Positions 37,241 to 50,145 of a stretch of DNA of 64,000 bases are shown one piece after another. Source of the DNA: Callorhinchus milii (lineage: Eukaryota); contig NW_024704742.1 in the NCBI RefSeq assembly GCF_018977255.1, forward strand, positions 77,316,001 to 77,380,000, in the 5' to 3' direction. The notes below the pieces were generated by a model that was given only the letters and a program-made list of their open reading frames with translations, was not told where the DNA came from and did not search any database. Position numbers and translations under genes: made by a program. How positions within the stretch are numbered: the first letter of the stretch is position 1; each line of letters opens with the position of its first letter.

Positions 37241-38705
37241 GCAGCTGTACCCACTACATCATCGAGACTACCCCCACCCCCACCATTAAATTATCTTAAT
37301 AACTCCTGCTTCTATCCCTTCTGTCTGTTTGTTATCTGATGGTTTAGCTGTTGCTTTTTCATTCCATATAACTTGGTGAACTGGTTTCAGGGTGTTTGAG
37401 AGTCTGTGATGTGTTTTGTCATAATAACACATCATCTGCAAATACTTGAGCTCATGCCAAACCGTTCTGTCCTGTTTTTTCACGCACTATTTTGAATTCA
37501 ACCTTTACGATTGTTTGATTGCAATCAGGATCCTAAAAAAGTAATGTTAGGAATCTTCTGGCTTACGAAGCCAGAAATTCCTGTTTACAAACAATGATCA
37601 CTTCACACAGACCCAAGTGGAACCGCAGAAATATTAGGTCACTTCAACTTTTAAAATGCATATTTTAAAGGCACAGAATTCTTGCAAGTGCTGCCCTCGG
37701 ATACTTCAATTCCCTGTTTGTGCAAGGCTTTTCTGCCTGTCAACCTCAAATGTTATACAATACAATTTACAACACAATTTACATTTATTTAGTGCCTTTC
37801 GTGTCGGGAGGACATCTTAAAGTGCTTGACACTGCTGGCTGGGTTCTGGTAACAGCAGCTCTTTTGAGAAACTCAAAAGTGGTGCTTTGAAGCATTGGCT
37901 CTTTTTTTCTTAACCAACTCATTTGTCAGCCGTTGAACAAACGGCTTAAAAATCCATTCAGCTTGTTATCATTTCAATAATGTTCCCCAGTCTTCTGAGG
38001 AACAGGAGCCGTGAAGCTAGATCAGATATGTAACATTCAGGTCTGTAACATTCCCATGCATGATTTATCGCAAGACAATTAGATGACTGCGTTCTTCTAG
38101 AAAACAAATTATTTTAAAAATAAAACATTGGGTTTGGGATGAATTAGACACACAGATGCAATCTGAGGTTATTGGGCCAGACTGTAGAGCAGCGGTGCCC
38201 AAAATCCAACAAGGGACTCCTCTCACGTCAGTAATTCATTGCTGACCATCTGTTACTGTGTATAATGTACAGAAGATGTTTTTCCTTGTTTGTTTCTCTC
38301 TCTCTCTCTCTCTCTTTTTGCTGCTTCCTCTTATTCCTGCCTTTGAAAACCGAGCCGAACCGTGTAGCTTCAAGGTGAGGTGACCGCATGGGCAGTGAAG
38401 CACAATGGATGTGTGTAGCAGCAGGCACCATTGAACAATGGCTACCTAACTCAGGGACGCAGAACTGCGGGGCAGGCAAGGCTGCTTGTTCCCCTGAACG
38501 ATTCTACAGCTTACCAGAGCATAAATTCCAGAAAGGGCATTCTTTATATTCTTTATGTATACATTATAACCTGAATTGCAGCGAGGCAGTAAGAGAGAAA
38601 TGCAGGACACGGAGGAGAGGGAAACTCTTATTTACTTATTTAAGTGAAACCAGCGCTGCTTAAAATCCTCTTATCAAACTCTTTACAGGCTGGAACATTG
38701 TCTCA

Positions 38706-38719
38706 GTTGCTATAGCAAC
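38706..38719. promoter_or_regulatory. RFX X-box (perfect palindrome GTTGCTATAGCAAC)
   Basis: 14-bp perfect palindrome matching the RFX consensus GTTRCY(AT)RGYAAC; an extra GGCAAC half-site lies just downstream. Confidence 0.65.
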
Positions 38720-38899
38720 GTGTTGGGCAACGCTGAGGGGGGAAAACGTTTCAAAAGAAACTGAGCTGTGCCGTAAACAGTTGAAGGAACAGGAAACTTG
38801 AGGCAAGCCAAGCCCCCATTGCTTTTCACATGAGTTGTAGTAAGTGAGGTGAGAAAATATGTATCTGGCCTTCCACACGAGAGACAGGGCCATGTTAGC

Positions 38900-39560
38900 A
38901 CAGTAATCACCCTGTCACCGTCTCGCCAGCACTGCGGGCATTAGTGGTTGGCACTAAAATGGCGTTTGTTGGGGGGAGGAGAGGGAGGAGGAGGGAGGAG
39001 CAACCTCCATTTTGTAGTATGTGCTTCTTCAGTATTCGCGCGTTTTAAAACAACCGCATGCCTCATCCAGCAATGACCATTTGCAGATTTGAAAGAAGAG
39101 CGATCAGGACGCTTGGCAGTATTTTAACATGTTAGCGTTTCAGGCTGGGGCTGTTGCGTGACATGGCGTTGAGCCTTGCCAACAGAGGCAGGCGTCGCTG
39201 CTGGAGCAGGAGAGAGATGCTGAACAAAATGGCCGTGCTTGAAAAGGAGAGGGGATACGTGGATTTCTGTGAATCCTCCTGCCAGCACGATGTAAGGCCT
39301 TTGCAAAACCAGGGGCTGGCAGCAATTACAGTGGTTGGCACGGAGCCCCATTGAGTGCACTTGCAATTAACTGGCGGCTGAGAGCAGAATGAGCTGCCTC
39401 AGATTTGTGAAGAAAGTGTCCAGCCTCTAAGCATGGTGGGCAGCTTGCCATTAGGTTGCCCTGTGCAAAGACCCCATTGGTCTGCCAGTGATACCAACTG
39501 CCCTGATTTTAAACAAAATGGCTTCATTTGTTTGCTTGTATGAGTCCCTCCATTTTTATC
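38900..39560. promoter_or_regulatory. YY1-motif cluster with GA-rich box and CpGs (promoter/CNE-like)
   Basis: AAAATGGCG 38956, CCATTTTG 39007, ACATGGCG 39161, AAAATGGCC 39226, AAAATGGCT 39515, CCATTTT 39550; (GGA)-rich tract 38971-39000. Confidence 0.5.
39144..39291 (+). other. Candidate exon (ATG 39163: MALSLANRGRRRCWSRREMLNKMAVLEKERGYVDFCESSCQHD), unidentified
   Basis: Branch-like ttttaac and acceptor gcgtttcag (ends 39143); strong-context gacATGG; 43 open codons to GAT|gtaagg (39291/39292). Peptide not recognised. Confidence 0.3.
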
Positions 39561-39881
39561 TCCAAGCTTTGTGGAAAGTGTTTGCTTTATCGCAGGTCTT
39601 AAAAAGCGTTGCCTTCTTTAGGAATGTGTTGGCTCATGTGTTCTTTTTCTTATTTGCTGCCTCCTTTGTTTTATGCGATGGAGACAATTTGCATGAAAAG
39701 CACCTCAGTGCAGGCAGCACTGTGTTTGTTCTGAGTTCAGAGTTCAGAGAATAAAGCAATAAAATTGAAGTGAAAGGACGAGAGCAGCTCAATCCCAGAT
39801 TCCTGGCTGGAAGTTTTATATCACAGGCATTACTACAAAATACTTTCTGGAAGATGGAGCTCTCCGATTTAAAAGTCTAAA

Positions 39882-40060
39882 CTTTCTTTCACTCTCTTTC
39901 TGTTTTTTGCTCTCTCTCTCCTCTTTCTCTTGTTTCTCTTTCTTTATTTTTCTCTTTCTCTCTCTCTTTATCTTTCCTCTCTATTTTTCTCCCGCTTTCT
40001 TTCTTTTTCTCTAATTTCTTTCTCCTCCCACCCCCCACCACCCCCACTCACACACACAAA
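39882..40060. repeat. Long CT-rich polypyrimidine low-complexity tract
   Basis: About 170 bp that is almost purely C/T, followed by a C-run and (CA)n. Confidence 0.9.
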
Positions 40061-41947
40061 TCCCCTTCCCATTGAATTTGAACATCACCACACTGTTTGT
40101 ATTCAATATCTTCTCAACAATTGTTTTTCCCTCTCCTATTTTGTTTAAACACATTACTATTCTTCACCCTTGTGGTTTTTGTATCTCGTTCAAACATTGC
40201 AGGGATTTAATCTGCAGTGTTTCCTTAGCACAGAATAAATGCTTTATTAATCATGTACTCATGCAAGATAAGAGATGATTGATAGTAAATTTGGCACATA
40301 AATATAAATAATACTTATCTTGGGGCAGATGTCTGTCATCTGCTTTCACAGACAGTATTTTCTTTCAATTCAGCCTGACATGGATCTGAAAGATTTATCC
40401 CAAAGCTTTGTTTGTGCTTTGTGATGCTTAAATCAATTTTGATTAGATATTGAAAGAAAACTTGGCTCTAGGCATGGAACTTTTTCTCTCTTATTAAACT
40501 TAAATGCCGGGGAGGCAGGGAGACGGGTGGGATAAGGCACTGAGGGGGTTTACGAAAATAGCACTGGAGCAAACGGAGATAATTGCACACTTGAGCTCCC
40601 TGATTTAATTTGCACAACAGCTTTTCATTGTTTCACAATCTGGACCTTTGCTGATATTCTTTCAATCCACATGTTCCGCAGTGAATTTTGTCACAATTTT
40701 TCCAATTGTGTATGTGTAAAATTCACTCGAGTGCTATTCATCATTCAAATCATTGCCCCTTCCATACTAACTGCTACATAGGGGATTGACATCCAAGCTA
40801 ACATGACTAATGCAAGCTAACTTTCACTCCATGCTTACAATGGGAATTGCATAAGTTCACTATGGAATGTCCATCAATTCTATTGAAAAAAAATTGGACC
40901 TTCGCACCCCCCACACTGGCCCGTTTACACTCAGAGCTGTAACATTTGCTTTCTGCTCAAACTGCAAAGTGTGGGAACTTTTTACACGTCAGAATTGGGG
41001 GGAAGGAAATGTGACGTGCTGTTTACTGGTGATAATTATCACAACCGATAATGTGGCTACAAGTAGTCAGTATCTATTAATGGTTTGGCAGGGGAAGGGA
41101 GGGTCCAGGGATACAATCACATACTTCATTCCCCCCGCCCCCAATGCCCTATGAATTTTCAGAAAAAAAATCAGTTGAGCACTTCATCCACGAGTGTAAG
41201 GTCTTTCCCTTCTAGTTAGATTCTTCCCTACATTAGGATGTGGCAGAACTGTCAGAGTCAATTCAACATGTCCCAATCCACACTTCACAGGTGTGACAGA
41301 CTTAACACAAATGTGGAAAATTTGGTGAGTGTGGGGGGAGAGAGAGGAGAGAAGTGAAGGTAATTCCTTCATGTAATAGGTTTGTCATACAAAATACATA
41401 AGGCTGAGTAGAACATTTCAGTAATGTTGGATTACAGTTTTGCACAAACAGCAAGCAGCTACTTTGTAGTGATCTTTTTATTGTCTCACCTGCAGTTCCC
41501 AGGCCTGGATAAGTCCTAAGTCAATTTACACATAAGGTCCCACACCAAATGTACATGTACACAGATTTTATCCTTTAGATTGACATCCTTGATTATTCAC
41601 ATCTGGTTTCCCCGGGATCCGTTATTGTGAAGCGCTCTGAGACACCGTCCAGTATGGAGGGCGCTATATAAATCCAAGTTGTTGTTGTAGTTAGATAGTT
41701 TAGTTGGTTGGTTAGTAACACAGGACATTTTGAGTTGTTGAATATAGTGGAGTATTTATTCCGTGAGAAATTTATTCCAGAGTGGATGCAGTTTTCTTTG
41801 CAATCTCACTGATAGTTCGCTGTTTCCTTTACTGATCCAGGAATAACTGCTAAGTGGAGAATTGGATGTAGTGAAGGCAAGAGTGTATTTGTTTGTGTGA
41901 TGGCTAAGAGCTTGAACCTTGTGAATCTGCTACAAAGGACAAAAACG

Positions 41948-41948
41948 N
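41948..41948. other. Single ambiguous base (N)
   Basis: aaaaacgNtttttt; assembly ambiguity next to homopolymer runs. Confidence 1.
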
Positions 41949-42714
41949 TTTTTTTAACAGGAGTGATGTTTTTGCTGGCAGTGTTGCAGACAGATGGTTC
42001 TTACATTAGCATTTCTTCCCCCCCCTCCTCCGACTCCCGTCTCTGAGATGAGGGAGAGAGCTAGCAATCCAGGAGTGCACTAAAAACTGCTGCTTCACTC
42101 CCACATAGTTGGGAATTCAATTTTGAAATAATATCTGTCAACTAATCTTCAGAAACTATTTTGTTAAGAGCAGCACTTTGTCCTGAGGAGTATTTAGTGG
42201 TAAATACAGGAGTTAAACACTGCTTTGTTGGGATTGATCCTTATTACGACGTGCATAATCACTGCTGAACTGATGGAAGACTGAAGGCTGGTTCTGATTT
42301 TCTGAGGAACAGACCTGCTTTGTTCCTTGTAATTCTTCCTAAGTGTTTAACATGGAGAATAATGCTTAGAGGCAGTGATCCCAAGGCTGCAGTTGCATCA
42401 AGGGGTTCAGATGGTATCCGAAACTGCAAAGAGAACTTTAAGGGGGTCATTTGAACTCTGGGGGTGGATTACAACCTTGAAATGATTTTCCCCGCAAATT
42501 TGCAGGAGATATCATTGGAAAGAAAAAGTGTGTTTGGTCTCTCTGTTTATTTGTTTGCTCCTGTTAACAGTAGTGCTGAACATCAGCACGTACTTAATGC
42601 ATGATTGTATTTACACTGAAGGTCTCCCCCTTCCATTCTCCAGTGAGAAAAAGAATAAACTATATCAATATTCAGCCAAATAGAACCACGAGAACATTAA
42701 CTTTACGTCTGGTT

Positions 42715-42945
42715 TTACAGCTTCCCTTCCTTCTCTAACCTCTGGAACCCCCTGTCGCTCTTTCTCCACCTCGCCCCCTCTTTATCTTTAAATCCTACCT
42801 TTAAAAACCTACCTCTTCGACAGGCCTTTGCTTCCCCTCTCCCCCTTCTCCCTTACTCTGAGTCCAACCCTGCCTCTGTACAACGCTCTGAGACATTGTC
42901 CTATGTGAAGGGCATGATATGAATGTAAATTGTTCTTGTTGTTCA
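42715..42945 (+). mobile_element. L2 LINE 3' end
   Basis: ctctggaaccccct...aaaaacctacctcttcgacaggcc...acgctctgagacattgtcctatgtgaagggcatgatatgaatgtaaattgttcttgttgtt. Confidence 0.8.
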
Positions 42946-42974
42946 ATTAAGGATTATCACCAGAACAACGAAAG

Positions 42975-43220
42975 GGAGCGGTTTGAAGCTTTTTTTAGAT
43001 GTTAGGTTGTCAGATGTCTTACCACAAATGACTGCTGAAACCAAATTTATAACACCTTTTAAAAGAGAATTGAAGAAAAAAGGATGAAAGGATTAGAGGA
43101 TAGGGCACGGGAAAGGGATTAGAGTTGGCAGCGACAAGTAGAGGAGCCTAACACTAGCACAGACTCGATGGGCTGAATGGCCTCCTTCCGTGCTACAAAC
43201 TTTTAATGTTTCTATGGATG
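42975..43220 (+). mobile_element. CR1 LINE 3' end
   Basis: Ends in the gcacagactcgatgggctgaatggcctccttccgtgct CR1 tail. Confidence 0.75.
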
Positions 43221-43604
43221 TTATGTTCAAACAGAGCTGCGTCTCTCCATGAGTTAAATACATGAATGTAGTGTGCTGCGTTCACCTGCTGGGTTCCATT
43301 TGGGTGCTGGTGCGCATGTTAATCCTCAATTCCAATAGTGTGGGATCATCAAAAAAAAGACTGTTCAATAGTATTACAGAATTCAATGCAGGAAAATACT
43401 TTGAACAGTAATCTTGCGCAGAGGGTGCCAATATGTATTCAGAATTCCTAATAAACTCTATGCTACAAGTTCCAGGAAAACTATAAAGAAGGGAAATTTC
43501 AGTTCTTTCGAATTTCCATATAATGTTTCATGTAAATAAAGAATGCACATTTTATTGGCACCAAAAGACCCCAAAAGCAGCCATAAAACATATGACAAAT
43601 TAAT

Positions 43605-43853
43605 CTGGAGGTTGCTGGCCAGGGCACCAGGAGCAGCTCCCTTCTCTCTTTGAATAGAGTAATGATATCATTCACATGGACCTGAACAGGCTGATTGGAA
43701 CTTGGCTTAACATTTCATCTGAAGGACACATCATTGACAATGCAGCGTTCCCCCATCCCTGTGCTAGAGAGTGAGACTAGATTATCAGATTAGATGCTGA
43801 TGTGAGACTTGAACCCACAACCTTCTCATCCGACTAAGATCCAAACTGACACA
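43605..43853 (-). mobile_element. Deu-domain SINE, degraded
   Basis: ggccagggcaccaggagcagctccc...cctgaacaggctgattggaacttggcttaacatttcatctgaagga...gacttgaacccacaaccttct; homologous to 4775-5192. Confidence 0.75.
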
Positions 43854-45071
43854 TATTGCCCAGTGCAGCACCTAGCATTCTTACACTCTTGCGATCAGGA
43901 GAGCCACGGATTGTTTCTCCACCGGATTAGATCGGATTAGGTCTGAATGTTAGTGAAGTATACTTCTCTTCAAAATGTAAAAGGAACAATGTAAGTACAA
44001 GTTGGCCATCACTGATTTAGAGAATGCCCATAACAACTATTTTACTATGGAATAAGTACAGTGCATGCTAAGACACACGCTTGTTTCCTGTCAATTCTCC
44101 ACATCCAAATGTCTCGTACACAGTCGTTACAGCAGTTTCTCGATGGACTTTGAATTTTTCTCTATTTCAAATACATCAGAGTTCATAAAATAACACTAAG
44201 CCATTTCACGAAAAATAAATATCTTCATATAACTCTGAAATACAGTGGTTAGCTTTTCATTTGCCTACAAGTTATGCAGTCACTACACTTTACAGTAAAT
44301 CCTGTGATGTCCTGCTGACATGAAAGGCTCCATACCAAATATAACGATTATTATTATATTACTAGATAAAGACAGCAGTTGATGCAACATTCAGTCACAA
44401 GTCAAAAAGCACGTGATCTGTTTAGCAAATGTTCCTCTCTTGCTGTCAATAGAACCCATAGCCTTTGGTAGTCTTAAATTAGGTAATAGTACAAACTGCA
44501 AGAAGTATTTTTGTAGAAAGTGTTGCCCAGTCCCTCCAAAGTCCGGTGTGGTCCCATTGCACCATTCTATGCACTAATAAGAAATGACATAAATATTTGT
44601 AATACTGAAGCACATGGCCAAATTAGCATTACGAACTGGGCAGGGGGTGCAGTTGGGATGCTACATTTCAGTCACACACTTCAATTGCTTTCACACTTGT
44701 GTTACTTGCCTCTTTACATCCATGTTTGGGACGAACGGCAGAGTTTTGTAAAGGCTGATGTGCCAGGAGTCAGCTCTGTAAGCAAATTTATAGCTGTTTC
44801 TATAAATTCTATTTCTATAACATTTCTATAAATATATATTTGATATATATTTTTGATTTTTTAAAGAAAAATACATAAGTGTTCTTGATTTTTAAAAAAA
44901 ATCTCAGCGTACATTTTTTAGCCAAGTTTAAATGAGCATTTAAAGAACAGAAAACTAAAAATAGAGAGAATGTAAAAACAATAAAAGGGAGCGAACAAAA
45001 GATGTGGAAATATTGAAGGCTATGATTGAAATGATTACACAACCCATGGAATGCTTCTGTTGTGGTACAGA

Positions 45072-45692
45072 ATCGTTCCCCAAATTATCCCAAATGCAGC
45101 CGAAATCCTCATGCATGTGTTTATCACCTCCCGCCTGGATTACTCAAATGCACTCCTCGCTGGTCTCCCCAGCTCCACTATTCAAAAGATCCAGCTCATC
45201 CAGAATTCTGCTGCCCGCATACTGAACCGGACCAAACTCCGTACCCACATCTCACCAGTTCTGGCCAGGCTCCACTGTCTCCCCATCACCGAACGATCGA
45301 CTTCAAGATCCTGACACTTGTGCTCAAATCCCTTCACTCCCTGGCACCTCCCTACATGTCTGACTTCCTCACTCCCCAATCCACCACCCGGCGCCTCTGC
45401 AAAACTGGCACTGGCCTCTTGCTCGTCTCTCACACCCTCCACCCCACCATTGGAAGTAGCGCATTCAGCCACTACGTCATGAAACTCTGGAACATTCTCC
45501 CTCAATCCCTCCGCCTTGCCCCCTCTCTCCCCTTTTTCAAGTCCTGCCTGAGAACTTTCCTATTTGACCGTGCTTATGGTCACCTCCCCCATATCCCCAT
45601 CCCCGGCTCGGAGTCAGGCTACGCCACTGTAAAGCGCTCTGAGATGCTACCCTGCATGCAGGGCATTATGTAAGTACAAGTTGTTGTTGTTC
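45072..45692 (+). mobile_element. L2 LINE 3' fragment
   Basis: AEILMHVFITSRLDYSNALLAGLP..IQLIQNSAARIL, then after a frameshift IDFKILTLVLKSLHSLAPPY..AFSHY..KLWN.LP; (GTT)n tail. Confidence 0.94.
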
Positions 45693-48064
45693 TTGTTCCT
45701 CATGTCATTTGGGCACTATTGAATGTTGCTTGCCCAATACTATATAAAGGTACTCTGTGATCCTTGGATGTAGCTTCACTACAAAATCCATAAAGCTACA
45801 TCATTTTAAAGCATATCCTGAAAAATGCTTTGAGACGTCTCAATGATGTGATAAGACACTATATCAAATGCAAGTATTATGGTTATGGGGTTCAGTCACA
45901 GAAGCTGCAGATTTAAATTTTCACTGCTTGTCACCTCTGTCTCACATGCACTATTTACTGACGGGAGTGAAGAACTCATGCTGTACTTACAATGGAATTT
46001 TGAGTGGTTCTTGCAGAACCAAAAGTTTGCTAGCATTAGTGAATTGGGTACATTCAATACCGCTGTGGATTGCAATGTGCTGTGGAATTGTGAAGAGTGG
46101 CCACAGATTTTTTCAGGGCAGATTGTTTACCTTCCAGGTAAGTTCTAATATAGTATAGTATAATATCTCTCTCTCTCTGTTGGTACAAAGATCACTCTGC
46201 AGATGGATTTTTTTTCTAATATTTCACCTTGAAAATACATATTCAATACACTTTACAGTATATCTTGTGAAGCACTTTGAGACATCCTCCCAACGTGAAA
46301 GGCACTACATCAAATGTAAGGATCATTATTATAAATGAGAACGTCTTAGTCATGTGAGCTGTTGGTAGCAGCAGTCTCAGTTTAGTTATAATTTATAACT
46401 CTTTATCCAGTACAGTCAGCTGGACTCCAGATTGTGTTCTGTTGTGCTGGCCCTTGATGGGCTCTGAAGGGAGGCACTGTGAATACTTGGGGTTCAGGGC
46501 TATCCGTGACAAACAGGAAAAACGGAGAAGCTGAAAATCCACAGAGGGTCAGTTCATCATTAAAAGAGAAGACAAATGTAGGTTAACCATGGAGTTGTCT
46601 GATGTAGACTAACAGCTTGCTGCTGTGATCATAAGCTGATCGGGTGGGTATTCTGGTTGGATGAGATCAAATGGGCCGAAGGGCCTTCATCATCCAAACC
46701 AATGATGTGATCTTTTAATCCAGGAAACAGTAACCCATCTTTCTCTTTTGGACTCTGACTGAGCTGCTGTGAAATCTCAGCCTTTTCTTTCTATTTCTGA
46801 TTTCCAGTGCCCGTGTTTTTTCCCCTTTTATTTTTGTTTCTAAACAAAAACCCTTTAAAGAGGGTGGGAATGAACTCCCCCCACCCCCCCCTGCCCATTC
46901 CCTGTTAGGTTACAGATGGCAACCCTTTGTTAAGAAGCAAAATAAAAAAGAGGAGCACTTGTAAAAGTAATTGGCACCAAATTCTAAACTTTTGAAAGTG
47001 TCCAACATTTACATCTGTTTTAAGGTGGAATTTCTAGTTTTTTTTTATTTTATCTTTCAGAAACTTTTCCTTTCCCCATTTCCCCTCCCCTTTACTTCCC
47101 TGGTTATTATAAACTGCAGAGGAACGCCTGATAGTCTGCCAAAGGAAAGGTATCAAATTTCTTGAGTGGCTGTACTATCCCAATAAATGCCAACAAAAGT
47201 AGGTCAGCAGGCAGTTAACCAGAGAGCAGGTTGAAGCCCTTGTTAAAATGGGAGACCCTACAGCAGTGACCGAACAGCCACATTCCCATGCTGGCATCAC
47301 AGTGCCAGCGCAAGTTTTAAGAGACAAGATTTTTTCTCTATTATTTTGATAAAGAATGTGCCTGCACTACCAGTGAACAATGACTGACTTGACTGCCTTG
47401 GGTTAGTACTGTGTCTGCATTAGCAAGTTACAGGCTGAGCCGTGGAGTGAATTTAGAGTAGATGGACATGAATGCAAAAGTATTCAGAGTCTGTGCCAAA
47501 TGAGGTGGTGATGATGGCTGAGGAGGCTCAGAGGAGGGAGTGTTTTGGCACAAAGGTAGCACAGACTGTTTGATGCACTTCACCACAGAGCATTCTGCCA
47601 AGTGCTTAAAATAAGATAATGGAGTTTCTAATTTTTAATATAGAACTTTGTTTTTTTTGCACAGATTTTGTTGTGTTAGTTTTTTATTAAAGCTTAAAAT
47701 ATCATCCGGTGACGGGTGATTTATTATGGAGCTGTTAAACTCTGGTATTTGAATAAAAAGTTGGATGTTACCTTGTTGAGGGGTTTCCCTCCCCATTTTT
47801 GTGTATTGTTTATTGTGATGGCAACAGGATGATTGACACATGCTAGACACAGCAATCTGTGTTTTGCTTTGGCTCTGTAATGCAATCCCTGCTACATTTC
47901 CGGGAACTTTTGTACTTGTCTCACCATGATATTCTGGGGGACAGGGGCTACTTTGGGCATGCACAAAATCCGATGTCTATCAGGCTGAGGATAAACGCGG
48001 GGTGGGATGGGGGAGTGTCTTATGGTGTGTCAAATTCAATAGACTCTCTACTGCATTTGACAGT

Positions 48065-48430
48065 GGAGTCCTGTAGTGTAGTGGTTAGCATCACATTTGA
48101 ATAAAATTTGAATTGAACCCGGGTTCGATTTCCGGGCAGAATGAAACCTTAGGCAAGTTTCCTTACTTCACAAGCCTCTGCTTGCTTAGAAGTAAGTTGG
48201 AACCCAGTTGTTAGTCGATTGATGGATCATTTTCCAGTGGTAGTAATCCTTCAAAAAAAATGTAATCACTCAATCCACGACTGTTTGTGGGACACTGATG
48301 TGCGCAATTGGCTGCCGTGTTTCATCCACAAAATACCTAGTCAATCCATTTTACAATATATTCTGTGAAGCACTTTGAGGTGTCTCAACGACCTGATAAG
48401 GCTCTATATCAAATCCAAGAATTATTACTA
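48065..48430 (+). mobile_element. tRNA-derived SINE, long subfamily
   Basis: ggagtcctgtagtgtagtggttagc head, ggttcgatttcc B box, central gcctctgcttgcttagaagtaagttggaacccagttgttagtcgatt segment, shared tail. Confidence 0.88.
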
Positions 48431-50145
48431 TCTCATCTACAACAGCATTGCACTTTAAGGTTTGGAAGTGGAGCTGGATATTTAAACTGTTTTTTTAAAA
48501 AAAAAGAAAATCCTCGCCTTATTCTGGAGACGAATCAAGAATCCCCTGAGATGGAGCATGAAATACTCAAAGCTCTCCTATCCCCGCTTTGTCCCTGTGA
48601 CCAATTAGAAACTTTACCTTGTCCTGAGCTCATAGCCTGACGTTCTGTTGGCAGCCCAAAACATCTGCCCATCTTAATCTTAACTTGTGCCAGATCTGTC
48701 TCCCTCACGTTTGCTTTAAACCTGTGCAACTGCCGGTTTGGAGTGAATTGGTATGACCAGGGCTGCCTGTTCAGGATTCTGAGCAATGCAGAAGAAGCTG
48801 GAAATAACACCTCAGTCCAGTTCTTCCTGGAGTGTGTGTGTGTGTGTGTAAAAAAAAAACACCCTTGTTTTGAAACCTTCTCCTCTGTGCCAGTTCTGGT
48901 GCTGTGCAAATAAAAATGTTCTTGCACTTTAACTCCTGTTTTGCATGGAGCAGTTTGGGGATTGAGGAAACATTTGCCTCAATTTTGCTGATCGTCAACT
49001 TTGAGCCAGCCTTTTCTCGTTCCTCTACCCTCAGGTTTTTCATTCCTTTTTGCATAGATGAGGTCACTGATCTGAATTGGTTTGTGTTTGGACACATCCA
49101 TTTATTCATTTCAGACAGTCCAGGACTTAAAGTTATGGTTTTCATTGCCTATGTGATTTGTTACAGTGCACGCCACAGACAAGAAACCTTGCAATGCTTT
49201 GCAGGGGGTGCAAGTGCCTTTTGGTAGGTGGTAAAATATTGATTTCAACATCCTGTGACTAGTCTATTAAGGCTGTTAATATGTAATGTTCAAACTTACA
49301 GAAACTAACTTCATTGGAAAAAGCGGTAATCATTTTCTTTGATTCAAATGTCACGCACCTTGTGGGAAGAATTGCTAGTCTAGCAAGCCCTGCCAAATGA
49401 CGCCAATTGGCCCAAATTTACTGACATTAACAGTGCATGTATGTAAATAAGCAAGATGCTGTTTAAACAACCGTCAGTGTCTTAGGGGCAAAAAGTGATG
49501 GCTGTATGGAGCTCTGAAATACAACACAAAGGAATGATAATGGAGCACATTTTCAATGCTCCTTCCCTCCTCCCAACAGACAGTCTGTCTCCCAAGTCCC
49601 AGTCTTACAATGCCCAACAGTAAAGGAGCGAAGGTACAAGGAGTGAGTTTGTCATTGAGAAGCTATCCAAGGTATTTCTAGAGCATCAGTGATGTAGGAT
49701 GGTACCAGGTCACCAGTTGTGTCACAAGGGAAGTGTGTGGGCCTACTGGCCACATAAGAGGATTGCAGTAGAATTGTTAGAGACTAACAACATTATGTCG
49801 ATTATTTTGATGAAGTGCTTCATTTAGGCGAAAAAGGTCATGATTTGGAAAATGATACCAGTCACGACCATCTGAACCATTTATAAACTCGACTCACGTC
49901 TCACCCCTCGTAACGCAGTCCTGTGTGTAGAACACTCAGGATTCACCTTCATAGTTAAATGACCCAGATACCTTGCCATCCACCAGTATCTGCTTAAGAG
50001 AGATAGTGATAGATTTATTTTAAATATAAATTGTTGAATTGTAACTCTCATTGTGCTTGGTCATGATATGGTCAAGGACCCAAAATGTCACCTCATCTCA
50101 GCCTTTATGAGCATTTATCCTAAATTTAAAGCTTGTGCAGAAAAG

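Noticed and set aside
38190..38204. hAT-Charlie-like TIR (cagcggtgcccaaa)
   Set aside because: No partner TIR or TSD found.
45062..45673. Longest ORF in the track (203 aa)
   Set aside because: An out-of-frame segment fused to the L2 ORF2 C-terminus by a frameshift; not a host gene.
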